Part shown: in pieces, positions 18,795 to 28,131 of the stretch
How positions within the stretch are numbered: the stretch's first letter is position 1
Layout of the letters: each line of letters opens with the position of its first letter
Assembly: GCA_965140415.1 (NCBI GenBank)
Contig: OZ223209.1
Location: 4,544,001 to 4,608,000 of the forward strand
Origin: Myxococcota bacterium
Lineage (GTDB): Bacteria; Myxococcota_A; SURF-8
Length of the DNA: 64,000 nt
Reading direction: 5' to 3'
Notes under the pieces: generated by a model
The model's input: only the letters and a program-made list of their open reading frames with translations
Told to the model about the DNA's origin: nothing
Databases searched by the model: none
Made by a program: the position numbers and the translations under genes

Positions 18795-19862
18795 TTACAA
18801 GTGCTGCATAATGCGCCTTGAACGTGCCCGACGTAACTTTTCGCGCACCATGATCATCGCCACCCGCTGGCTAGGTTGGCGCTGTTGATCGGACTGATAC
18901 AGGACACGCTCGATTGTTTCGTAAATTCCATTGGTTAGGATTGCCGCCTTGGCAGCATCGTAATGGTGTACCTCACAGGCATTGGCATACAATCCACCTG
19001 CATTCACGGCAAAATCCGGTGCGTAATCGATGCTTCTCTCATGAAGCATACGCCCATGCCAATCCGGCTTAATCAGTTGATTGTTGGCGGAACCGGCCAC
19101 ACATTTGGCTTGCAGCCGCGGAATCGACGTTCCATCAAGCACCCAACCATCGCCGCATGGACTGAAGATGTCGCATTCCGTATCGTACACTTGTTCTATC
19201 TCTATGATTTTACCATTGAATTCACGAGCAGCGATTTCCGCTTTCTCGGCAACCGTATCGGCAACCATCAACTCCGCTCCAGACATGTGCAGCATTTCAC
19301 ATAGGCCGTAGCCCACTACCCCAACACCGTAGACCAGCACTTTTACTCCACGCAAACTATCGGTTTTGAAGCGCCGACGCACCAGCGCCTCAATTCCCCG
19401 TAGTACTCCTAGAGAGGTAAAATAAGATGAAAATCCGGTTCCGCCACTGGTTCCACCGCAAGCAAAAGGAGTTGCCGTTTTCAATACATCCATATCTTGT
19501 GGGTGAGTTCCCAGATCTTCCGTCGCCACTACGTGACCGTTGAGCCGATCGATCAGGCGTCCATACGCTTCGAACAAAATCCGTCGATCCGCCACATCCT
19601 CTCCCGGATCGATCAGCACACCACAGGCTCCTCCAAAGGGGATATTGGCCATGGCGGCTTTGTAGGTGTTCAACTGCGCCACCATCACCGCTTCGTCTAA
19701 TGCTCGCTTTTCATTGAGGCAGGGATGAAAGCGTGTTGAACACAAAGCCGGTCCCAAAAGCGTGCTGTGAATGGCGATCACGGCACGTAACCCGGTTTCA
19801 TCGTCCTGGGCGACCATCAGTTCCTCAACGCCCGAATGCAATGGATGTCGAATATCCAGCAC
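18795..19862 (-). CDS. Leu/Phe/Val dehydrogenase-like protein with a substituted catalytic Lys
   Basis: TGLRAVIAIHSTLLGPA, TYK, TEDLGT, GVGVVG Rossmann, GSANNQL, APDFAVNAGG; GGGK appears as GGAC. Confidence 0.85.
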   Translation of the reverse strand: MLDIRHPLHSGVEELMVAQDDETGLRAVIAIHSTLLGPALCSTRFHPCLNEKRALDEAVMVAQLNTYKAAMANIPFGGACGVLIDPGEDVADRRILFEAYGRLIDRLNGHVVATEDLGTHPQDMDVLKTATPFACGGTSGGTGFSSYFTSLGVLRGIEALVRRRFKTDSLRGVKVLVYGVGVVGYGLCEMLHMSGAELMVADTVAEKAEIAAREFNGKIIEIEQVYDTECDIFSPCGDGWVLDGTSIPRLQAKCVAGSANNQLIKPDWHGRMLHERSIDYAPDFAVNAGGLYANACEVHHYDAAKAAILTNGIYETIERVLYQSDQQRQPSQRVAMIMVREKLRRARSRRIMQHL

Positions 19863-19945
19863 CGTCTTCCTCCCTTTTCCACCGGTTATCGGCGACTTCG
19901 TCAGTGTATTCTAAAATGCCGTTCGATGCAAAATTTGAAAAAAGC

Positions 19946-19973
19946 TTGCACACGGCTCGATGACGGGTATACT
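19946..19973 (+). promoter_or_regulatory. Sigma70-like promoter (TTGCAC-N16-TATACT) for the small basic protein
   Basis: Hexamers at 19946-19951 and 19968-19973. Confidence 0.5.
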
Positions 19974-20045
19974 TCCCCGGTCGTAGGAAGCTCCTGGCGC
20001 AAAGCGCCAAAGGATTGGTTTTATATAATTTCGAAGGAGAAGGTC

Positions 20046-20198
20046 ATGGGCCGTTCGGACAATCGGCATTCGATGAAGATGCGCCGTCACGTTGGTGCGA
20101 ATAAGAAGAAAGCGCGTATGCAGCGCAAGGCCGAAGCCGTGCGACAGGAACGTCGCAACAAGAAATCCAACTCTCACGCGGCTACCTCTCAAGGCTAA
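20046..20198 (+). CDS. 50-aa very basic small protein
   Basis: AAGGAG RBS; MGRSDNRHSMKMRRHVGANKKKARMQRKAEAVRQERRNKKSNSHAATSQG; has its own promoter and a downstream hairpin. Confidence 0.7.
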   Translation: MGRSDNRHSMKMRRHVGANKKKARMQRKAEAVRQERRNKKSNSHAATSQG

Positions 20199-20274
20199 CC
20201 CGACCGCAGACTGCATCTCCGTCCCCACCCATTCTTAGTTACATCTGAGAAAGGGACGGTTACTCCCGCATCAT

Positions 20275-20326
20275 GCATAAGCCGGTTCTCAAGGAGTCAA
20301 GCTCCTGGGGGATTGGTTTATGTTTT
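20275..20326 (+). terminator. Long G-U-rich hairpin / terminator 3' of the small basic protein gene
   Basis: GCATAAGCCGGTTCTCAAGGAG pairs with CTCCTGGGGGATTGGTTTATGT: 22 positions, 6 G-U pairs, 1 mismatch, then TTT. Confidence 0.55.
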
Positions 20327-20481
20327 GGTATACTCTCAAAATCGAACAAGTCTGACTATCAAGCAACATTCATTCTAGTTTGCAGCTGATGATCCAATCA
20401 ATATTTCAGGAATCATTCCGATTTAAAACACATCTAAAAAACGTGTCTTTATTTTCTGATCGGAAATGGAGGATTTTCAGG

Positions 20482-21168
20482 ATGGTGAACATAACGACCG
20501 ACCGGACTATTACCAGATTTTCTTTGTTAATTATCGTGTTATTTGTCGGAATGGCATGTTCGGACAATGATGATACTACGTTGGATGGCGATCTGGAAAA
20601 CTCTCCATCCGAACAGGAATGGGAAACCGTTGAAGATGGCGATAGCGAATTTGCGACGGTTCCTCAAACCATTTTTTCCGAGTATTCGGCTGAAGAAAAA
20701 ACCGTTGCCTATGTGGATTTGGACCGGTATTTGGGAAAATGGTATGAAATAGCAACATTTGTCATTCCTTTCCAACAAGGTTGTACAGGTTCTACGGCGA
20801 CGTATGCCTTTAACGAAGCCGACTCCAGCGTTTCCGTTACCAACGAATGCTTCCTGGATTCGCTTGATGGGGAATATAAAGTCGACACTGCCCGTGCCAT
20901 CATCGTAAATGAAACCACAAACGCAGAATTAATTGTCTATTTCACCGAAGAGATCGGTGCGGATTATTGGATTATCGAATTGGACGGTCAGGATTCCGAA
21001 GATCCATATGAATGGGCTGTGGTGGGGAGCAGTTTTCCCATTTTCCTGTGGGTGTTAAGTAGAACGCCACAAATGGATTCGGAACGTTTGGAACTAATTT
21101 TGGACCGATTGGAAGAGCGGGAATACAACCTGGATAATCTGAGCTATACCGCACAACCAGAAGGATAA
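20482..21168 (+). CDS. blc: Bacterial lipocalin (Blc-like) lipoprotein
   Basis: Lipobox GMAC; VDLDRYLGKWYEIA, ADYWIIELD, LWVLSRTP. Confidence 0.85.
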   Translation: MVNITTDRTITRFSLLIIVLFVGMACSDNDDTTLDGDLENSPSEQEWETVEDGDSEFATVPQTIFSEYSAEEKTVAYVDLDRYLGKWYEIATFVIPFQQGCTGSTATYAFNEADSSVSVTNECFLDSLDGEYKVDTARAIIVNETTNAELIVYFTEEIGADYWIIELDGQDSEDPYEWAVVGSSFPIFLWVLSRTPQMDSERLELILDRLEEREYNLDNLSYTAQPEG

Positions 21169-21395
21169 CATGCAAGATTGACATTCTTCCAACTCCTAAA
21201 AATCTCTACTTATCTGGCTTATAAGCGGACACTCGTGCGCACAAAGCGAACATCCACAGATAGTTCAAGTTAAGCTCTATTTTCATTGGCTTAGGCGCTG
21301 CATTCGGTTATACTGTCCCGAATGAATACTAACCGTGCGCCTATTACTTATGAAATCAAATGGATAGCGGCGCTCAATGGGGATAGCTTGGTAGA

Positions 21396-22460
21396 ATGCC
21401 CGCCCAAACACTGAAACATTACGTCGACTTCAACAATCCGGTTGCAAGGCTGTATTTGTCGTTCATGCTTATGCTGACCATGTTCGGAGTTGGAATCATC
21501 GGCTACAGCATCATCGGACAGGGCGACTGGTCGCTGTTGGACTGCGCCTACATGACCGTCATTACGCTGACCACGGTCGGATATGGAGAAATCGTAGACA
21601 TTTCCCACTATCCCGCGGCCCGCGTCTTTACCATGGTATTGATCCTGATGGGGATGGGCACCATCCTCTTTTTCGTGTCCAGCATGACGGCATTCGTGGT
21701 GGAAGGACAATTACAGGATATCCTTCGGAGAAAACGGATGAAAAAAGCGATCGAACAATTGGAAGATCATGTCATTATCTGCGGTCTCGGCGAAACGGGT
21801 TTGCACATCACCTCGGAAATGCTGGCAATTCACAAACCGGTGGTTCTGATCGACATGAACGAGGAGCGCCTGCGCAACATCTGCGAAACATTGCAGGTGG
21901 AACTGCCTTACATCGTCGGCGACGCCACCGACGATCACGTCCTGATGGAAGCCGGAGTCATGCGCGCCAGCGGTTTGATTGCGGCAGGTACCGAAGATAA
22001 AGACAACGCATTCATCATCGTTTCGGCCAAACAGTTGAATTCCGGGCTGCGCATCGTAACCAAGGCGATCAGCGTGCAGAGCGAACGGAAACTGCGCCGC
22101 ATCGGCGCGGATCGGGTCGTGACGACCACTCGCATCGGTGGCTTGCGTATGGCCAGCGAAATGCTGCGCCCCACGGTCACTACCTTTCTGGATCGCATGA
22201 TGCGCGATCAGGAAGTGGCCATGCGCATCGAAGAAGTGGACATCCTGCCCGGCTCGCCTTTTGTGGGAAGATCTCTAATCGAACTCGATATTCGCCGCAT
22301 GATGGATCTGACGGTCATTGCCATCGAAAACAAAAAAGAACGCAAATACCATTTCAACCCGGAAGCCATGTTCGTATTACAGGACGGGCTGACTCTGATC
22401 TGCCTGGGTGCCATCGATTCGATCGTTCAATTGCGCCGCATGGCCAAACCGGACAAGTAA
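21396..22460 (+). CDS. 2-TM potassium channel with RCK (TrkA-N / TrkA-C) domains
   Basis: TTVGYG selectivity filter; IICGLGETG; GDAT. Confidence 0.92.
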   Translation: MPAQTLKHYVDFNNPVARLYLSFMLMLTMFGVGIIGYSIIGQGDWSLLDCAYMTVITLTTVGYGEIVDISHYPAARVFTMVLILMGMGTILFFVSSMTAFVVEGQLQDILRRKRMKKAIEQLEDHVIICGLGETGLHITSEMLAIHKPVVLIDMNEERLRNICETLQVELPYIVGDATDDHVLMEAGVMRASGLIAAGTEDKDNAFIIVSAKQLNSGLRIVTKAISVQSERKLRRIGADRVVTTTRIGGLRMASEMLRPTVTTFLDRMMRDQEVAMRIEEVDILPGSPFVGRSLIELDIRRMMDLTVIAIENKKERKYHFNPEAMFVLQDGLTLICLGAIDSIVQLRRMAKPDK

Positions 22461-22531
22461 GCGGGGTGGCAGATTGCATCCCTGAGAACGGTCCGAGCGG
22501 ACATGTCCGCTACGGCTGAAAGATAAACAAC

Positions 22532-22999
22532 ATGGTAGATACTAAACATAATGACGATTTGGAACGAGTAATATACATCTGTCAAGTGTTCGACTATGCA
22601 TTTGGGCATGCTGGATTATACACCATCAATGACCCGATTGCCATGGGGTATAATACATTTGCTTGCATCCATCTTGTGTTTACGATGTTCCTGGTTGACA
22701 AAAAAGAAGATAAACCCATAGGCGGCTTCATCTACCCTATCCTTTCCAAAATGGGAAAGGAATCCCTGCTTGATAATGTGCAGGCCGTTCTTTGTGAAAA
22801 TCTTGGTGACATTACGTTCGAAGACTACCTAAGGAAGTACCGGAATAAATTGGCAACCCACGGCGACCTATCGATTGATTCTTTACCGACTATTCACAAG
22901 GAATTGGTTATTAGCGACAGAACAAATGATAGAATCTTGGAATTAATTGACAAACTTCGTTATGCTGTAGACAACCTGCTAAACGAACTACGCAAATAA
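22532..22999 (+). CDS. AT-rich orphan protein with a HEPN-like RNxxxxH motif
   Basis: RNKLATH at 22841-22861; helical character; AT-rich relative to the flanks. Confidence 0.5.
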   Translation: MVDTKHNDDLERVIYICQVFDYAFGHAGLYTINDPIAMGYNTFACIHLVFTMFLVDKKEDKPIGGFIYPILSKMGKESLLDNVQAVLCENLGDITFEDYLRKYRNKLATHGDLSIDSLPTIHKELVISDRTNDRILELIDKLRYAVDNLLNELRK

Positions 23000-23144
23000 C
23001 GTAATCTTTCTTATCATGACCCCTCGTATTATTGAACTTCAAACCCAGCAGCAAAGTCATGCAGATGTTTTACTCAACCCGCAAAGCAGAGAACGGCCCG
23101 CCTTTCTAAATCTCTTCTAATCTACTTCACATTCCGCTTTGCAC

Positions 23145-23173
23145 TTGATCCGGCATTCGCAGACAGGTATGCT
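23145..23173 (+). promoter_or_regulatory. Sigma70-like promoter TTGATC-N17-TATGCT
   Basis: The same hexamer pair recurs at 29491-29519. Confidence 0.5.
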
Positions 23174-23231
23174 AATCTAAGAAGCACGTTGTTTCTCTAT
23201 TCGTGAAGCGAATCCTGTAGGGGAGTGGAAC

Positions 23232-23900
23232 ATGCACCGATATTGGGTGATTGATGCAGTTGTAATCATAGCGATAGCTCTTTCTCTCTTTGCCTGCGGC
23301 GAAGAGGACGAACCGACCGCTGACGGCGATGACGAACTGGTCGTCACCTTCGATGATGGCGACATCCAGATCGGAAATCCCGACGGTGACACGAGCGAAA
23401 CGGATGCCGACCCCTTGCCTCCATTGGATGACGGTCCGATTTCCTGCTTGCCGGTTTGCTATGTCTACTGCGAACGCACCGGTGCCTGCGATGCGGATTA
23501 CAGCGAACAGAATGTGGATTCCTGCAAAACGGCCTGCGAACAGGCGGAAGAATCCGCTTCCGTCGCGACGAACCTGATCGCCTGCGCCTACGAATCGGAT
23601 TGCGACAAGTTCACCGCCTGCACGGACAATCACGGCGACACCAGCTTTCAATGCATCTGGGCCGAGATGGAAGATGGCGATATCGACCCGGAAGTGACGG
23701 CGGAGATGGCACTGTGCCAGTCCTTTTGCGACCGTCAGTACGAATGCGACCAGAGCGGCCAGTTGACGGAAGACAACTTAGCTTTCTGCCGCGAAAGTTG
23801 TGTAAACGATCCCGACAGCGATGATCCGCGCCAGATCTGTGCCGATGCACCGAATTGCACGGCTTTTCACGCCTGCATCGATGAGGTGGAAAACGGATGA
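23232..23900 (+). CDS. Cys-rich lipoprotein with a DGD tether and two CxxxC-type helical Cys domains
   Basis: Lipobox LFAC followed by GEEDEPTADGDD. Confidence 0.75.
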   Translation: MHRYWVIDAVVIIAIALSLFACGEEDEPTADGDDELVVTFDDGDIQIGNPDGDTSETDADPLPPLDDGPISCLPVCYVYCERTGACDADYSEQNVDSCKTACEQAEESASVATNLIACAYESDCDKFTACTDNHGDTSFQCIWAEMEDGDIDPEVTAEMALCQSFCDRQYECDQSGQLTEDNLAFCRESCVNDPDSDDPRQICADAPNCTAFHACIDEVENG

Positions 23901-24583
23901 GCAAACCATCGACTACCACAGCCTGCTTTTCCCTGCCTGCTCTATTTGGACTGCTGCTTGTCTGGCTACTTGCGTTTCCGATAGCCTGCAACGAAGAAGA
24001 CCCTCCCGAATTCACCGGCGATCCGACTCCTTGCCCGGCGGCTTGCTTGGCACTGTGCGCCACACAAAAGCGTTGCGAGGATGCAAGTTTTGTATTCGAC
24101 TGGACTGCCGAAGATTGCAAGGAAAACTGCGCGCGCATTCAACTGGAAGACTGGGGTGACAGCGTCAGCATGGCACCTTTAGGCTGTGCGGCGGCGACAG
24201 ACTGCGATGCCTTCGATTTATGCCTTCTGTTAGGTGGGGAATACGAGTACCAGTGCAACGGCATCGAACCGGCTCCGAAAACCCAGGAATACTCCGCAGA
24301 CTGCACCGGCATATGCGCGTATTACTCCGATTGCGTGGAAGCAGAGGAATTGCCCGAGTACTATTATTACGACCAACAGTACTGTCTGGAAGAATGCAAC
24401 AATGGATTGCAGCAGGGGTGGATGTCCGAGCGGGTTCTATTGTGCGTAGAGGCGCTGAACTGCTCTCGTATGGCCTCCTGCTTCAACGAATTGCAGTATA
24501 GCGAGGATCCTGGCGAATGGGATGATGCAGAAGAACCGAATCTGATTCCACCCGATGTCGCAGAGCCGGAGGTGTTGCCCTAA
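23897..24583 (+). CDS. Cys-rich lipoprotein, paralog of the upstream gene (ATGA overlap)
   Basis: Lipobox-like PIAC followed by NEED; same Cys spacing. Confidence 0.72.
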   Translation: MSKPSTTTACFSLPALFGLLLVWLLAFPIACNEEDPPEFTGDPTPCPAACLALCATQKRCEDASFVFDWTAEDCKENCARIQLEDWGDSVSMAPLGCAAATDCDAFDLCLLLGGEYEYQCNGIEPAPKTQEYSADCTGICAYYSDCVEAEELPEYYYYDQQYCLEECNNGLQQGWMSERVLLCVEALNCSRMASCFNELQYSEDPGEWDDAEEPNLIPPDVAEPEVLP

Positions 24584-24671
24584 GCATCACCTTCTTCTGT
24601 CCGGGATTCTGGTAGTGCATCCTTTTTTCTCGGCGTTTGCACATGCAAGGTCGACGCCATGGAGGTGAACG

Positions 24672-25871
24672 ATGGTTGAATCCAAACAGAGTAAAACCCT
24701 TTCCTCCATTCAGCAATCCGTAGAGGAAATATGCAAGTTCGGACCTCGGCGCGTGGGCTCGCCGGAAGAGGAACATGCCGCGCTGTGGCTGGAGAACGGC
24801 CTGAAGGAAAGCGGCTTCGGCGTTACGATGCAACGTTTCGAAGCACCGAAAAGCATGGGCATGATCGTGCTGGTGCATTTGCTGCTCGCGCTGCTCGCGT
24901 CCTGCCTGCTGCCCTTTTATCCGGAACTCAGTCTGTTGATCTTGTTGGTAACGCTGCATTCCTTTATCGGAGAATTCACCGGACGCTGGCAGGTGTTACG
25001 CGGGCTGGTTCCCACCATCCACAGCAGCAACGTAGTCGGCCACTACAAACCGGAGCGACCTAAGCGCACCATCATCGTATCCGCTCACTTGGACACCGCC
25101 CAGGCGGGGTGGTTGTTCAGTCCGGCGTTAACACGCCTGGTGTCGCGTGAAAACGGCCAATTCACCGTCGGTCCCCTTTTCGCACCCTTTCTGGCGATGC
25201 TGGTTCTGGCGCTGGTCGCTCTAATTTTATCCTTCGATGGGGAAAGCGATCTGCTGACTATCTTGCATTGGCTCTCGGGCTTCGTCATTTTAATCGCCGC
25301 CGGTTTGATGGCGCAGTGGTCCTTTGCTCCGGCAGTTACTGGAGCCAACGATAACGCCTCGGGTATAGCAGGGGTTTTGTGGCTGGCCCAGCAGGTCGGC
25401 AAAAAGCTACCCAACGACACCGAATTCTACTTTGTCGGCTTCGGTGGCGAAGAGTCGCATCTATCCGGCTCGCTGGCGTTTATCAAAGCCACCCAGAATC
25501 GTTTGAATCGCAACCACACCTACATGATCAACCTGGACGGCATCGCCGCCGGGAAACTGGGCTTTGTCACGCACGAGGCAATTCTCGTTCCGCAAGCCTA
25601 CCCGGATCAGGAACTGGTGGTGCTTGCTCGAAATCTGGTCCGCAACAACGGCCCCTTTTCGGAAATCGCGGCCACGCGCATTCAGGGTCACACCGATGCG
25701 CTTCCCTTCGCACTGTACGGCATCAAGGCGTTGTCGTTGGTCGCTTTGGAAAACAATGGCATTCCGCTGAATTACCATACGGAAAAAGACAGACCGGAAC
25801 TGATGACCTGGCAGGATACCGAATTGGCGCTGGAATTCTCGCAAGCGCTGATCGCCGCCATCCGGGTCTGA
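24672..25871 (+). CDS. Membrane-embedded M28-family metallopeptidase
   Basis: SAHLD, GANDNASG, GGEE, NLDG, YHTEKD; four hydrophobic helices. Confidence 0.85.
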   Translation: MVESKQSKTLSSIQQSVEEICKFGPRRVGSPEEEHAALWLENGLKESGFGVTMQRFEAPKSMGMIVLVHLLLALLASCLLPFYPELSLLILLVTLHSFIGEFTGRWQVLRGLVPTIHSSNVVGHYKPERPKRTIIVSAHLDTAQAGWLFSPALTRLVSRENGQFTVGPLFAPFLAMLVLALVALILSFDGESDLLTILHWLSGFVILIAAGLMAQWSFAPAVTGANDNASGIAGVLWLAQQVGKKLPNDTEFYFVGFGGEESHLSGSLAFIKATQNRLNRNHTYMINLDGIAAGKLGFVTHEAILVPQAYPDQELVVLARNLVRNNGPFSEIAATRIQGHTDALPFALYGIKALSLVALENNGIPLNYHTEKDRPELMTWQDTELALEFSQALIAAIRV

Positions 25872-26061
25872 GAGATACAGCAAGCAAGAGTGTTTGCATT
25901 CATTACTCTCGATGTCTTTTTGTAGCAGCGAGGCGTAAGCCCGTCGACTAACTTATTAAATACGGCTGGTTTACGTTTGTTCGGATGGTTCAGCCAAGCA
26001 AGTCGGGTCAAATGACCCCACAATTCAGTTCATGTCTGATGGGTATACTGATTATATGAGA

Positions 26062-27996
26062 TTACCTTCCCGCGCGGCGCTCGTCGAGCAGGCGGAAGCC
26101 TTCCAACATCAGATTTTCGGTGGGAAGATTGATTTTGATCTCCGGGATGGTGACGTCGGTTTCGAAGGCGAAATCGCCGTGTTCCCATTCCAGTAGCAGG
26201 TAGAACGCCTCGACTCCGTCCTTACCCTTGTAATAGCAATTGATCACCTGGCCGTTTTCGAAAAAGACTTTGGCCTCCTCGTTTTGACGGGCAAGCGTCA
26301 GCATGCCGGTTTTGCGGCTGTTGCTGAAAAGCTGCACGATATCGGTCAGAGAGATGTCTTCCAGGCTGCCGGTGACCGAGGCGCGTGGGGGCGTGGTCTG
26401 AGCCTGCATCTCGGTCAGGGTTTCGTGACGAATGGCGATCAGTCGCTTGACTTTGGCCAGCACGATTTCTACCCGGATGGGGCGTTGGAAGAAATCGTCC
26501 GCGCCAACGTCGAAGGCAGCGCTGACCAACTTGCTGGGCATTTCCTGATTCGTGATGAACACAAAGGGGATGCCTTTTGTCTGCGAAGAGGATTTCAGCG
26601 CCGAGCAGAGCTGGTGGCCGCTTAGCGGCTGGGTGTTGACTTCGGAGAGCACCAACTCGATGCGGGTGCGTTTGATCGCCTGTACCGCCGCATCGGTGTC
26701 GTGCGCAACCAGCACCCGCAGACCCGCTTCTTTCAGACGCGCAATCAACGGTGCATAGCCGTTGCCAGAAGGGTCGATCAGCAGGATGGTTTTCATCGCC
26801 TCGCCCGGCATCAGCGAAGCTCCCTGCTGGGCTTCCTGAACGACTTCATACAAGGCCTTCAACACGCGCCGGTCAAAGCAGGTGCCCTGATAGTTGAACA
26901 GCTCCCGTAGTACTTCCGTGGCGCTTTTTTCCGTCCAGTCCGGATGACGGACCAGATCTTCATAGGCATCCACCACCGCAATGATGCGCGAACCTAAAGG
27001 AATGTTTTCACCGGAAAGCCCTTTGGGAAAGCCTTTGCCATCGTAGCGTTCGAACAGATGCGTGAGAATCTGGGGAATCAAGCTGGGAAAATGCGCCGTT
27101 TCGATCAGGCGGATCGGCGACAGATAGAATTTCTGAGCCAGCTTCAGATCTCGCTCGGTATTGAGGTTGATCAGCGTATAGTGTACGCCCTCGCGCTTGC
27201 CCAGATCGTGCAGATAGGCAGCGACGACGTTCAGGTAGACGTCCTTGGGCATCAATTCGAGTTTTTCGGAAACCTTCTTGGTCAGCCTTGCCACCGAGGC
27301 GCTGTGACCCCTGAAGGAGCCGCGCTTCATTTCCAATAACGAAATCAGGATGTTCAGCGTTTCGACGAAGACGTTATCCGACAAGAGCGAACTGCTGATG
27401 ACTTCGTCCGCTAGCCGCAGCCCGGTGTGCGCCTGTAGCTCGTCCGTTGTTAAAACCGCCTGGCGATCGTTGCCGGTGGTGGCGCCGAAGGACATCATCG
27501 GGCTTTGATTCATGCTGCGCTCTTCCAGCGAGGTAAAGGAGCGAGGATCGCCGCGATAGAACTTGCGCACGCCAGCCATAATGGTGGGTTTAAGCGCCAG
27601 ATAGGCATTGACTTCGCAGCATTGCGCCAGAAGCTGCACTTCTTTGATCAGCTTGGGGTCTGTTGGCGTATTGGCCAGTACGGACAACACACCGCCCTCC
27701 TGATCGTACATCAGCGGCAATACGAATTTTCGTTCGGCATAGTCCATCGGGACCATATCCAATACGATTTTAGGGATTTTGATCGACGCCAGTTTGTCGG
27801 CTGTGATGTAATGAATGCGAAAGCGTTCCGCGAGAACCTTCAGAATATCCGATTCCGAAATGAAACCGAGCGAAAACAGCAATTCACCGAGGCGTTCCTT
27901 GCGTTTTTTTTGCAGGTTCAACGCGACATCGAGTTGCTCTTCTGTGATCAGCCCCAATTCAATGAGCTGTTGTCCGATAAGTTTTTGTGCAGCCAT
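26062..27996 (-). CDS. MshEN/T2SSE_N + degenerate HD-GYP + pseudo-receiver + DUF4388 signalling protein
   Basis: LIGQQLIELGLITEEQLDVALNLQ..RLGELLFSLGFI; HDLGK..ERYDGKGFP; ILLID..LVLSE; GSLEDISLTDIVQL..KTG..WEHGDF. Confidence 0.82.
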   Translation of the reverse strand: MAAQKLIGQQLIELGLITEEQLDVALNLQKKRKERLGELLFSLGFISESDILKVLAERFRIHYITADKLASIKIPKIVLDMVPMDYAERKFVLPLMYDQEGGVLSVLANTPTDPKLIKEVQLLAQCCEVNAYLALKPTIMAGVRKFYRGDPRSFTSLEERSMNQSPMMSFGATTGNDRQAVLTTDELQAHTGLRLADEVISSSLLSDNVFVETLNILISLLEMKRGSFRGHSASVARLTKKVSEKLELMPKDVYLNVVAAYLHDLGKREGVHYTLINLNTERDLKLAQKFYLSPIRLIETAHFPSLIPQILTHLFERYDGKGFPKGLSGENIPLGSRIIAVVDAYEDLVRHPDWTEKSATEVLRELFNYQGTCFDRRVLKALYEVVQEAQQGASLMPGEAMKTILLIDPSGNGYAPLIARLKEAGLRVLVAHDTDAAVQAIKRTRIELVLSEVNTQPLSGHQLCSALKSSSQTKGIPFVFITNQEMPSKLVSAAFDVGADDFFQRPIRVEIVLAKVKRLIAIRHETLTEMQAQTTPPRASVTGSLEDISLTDIVQLFSNSRKTGMLTLARQNEEAKVFFENGQVINCYYKGKDGVEAFYLLLEWEHGDFAFETDVTIPEIKINLPTENLMLEGFRLLDERRAGR

Positions 27997-28131
27997 CTGT
28001 GCTCTGCCAACCCTCTCCGACAAGTAGAGGGGGTTCCCGATTCCTTTAATGGAAAACCATCGGAAACCGCCGGTTTCGTTCGGGCCAGTGTATCCGAGTT
28101 CTTAACGTTGTATCACGGCTTTGATCTCAGG

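Noticed and set aside
23232-24583. Cys-rich proteins as multiheme cytochromes or ferredoxins
   Set aside because: No CxxCH or CxxCxxC motifs; exported proteins with CxxxC spacing fit disulfides.
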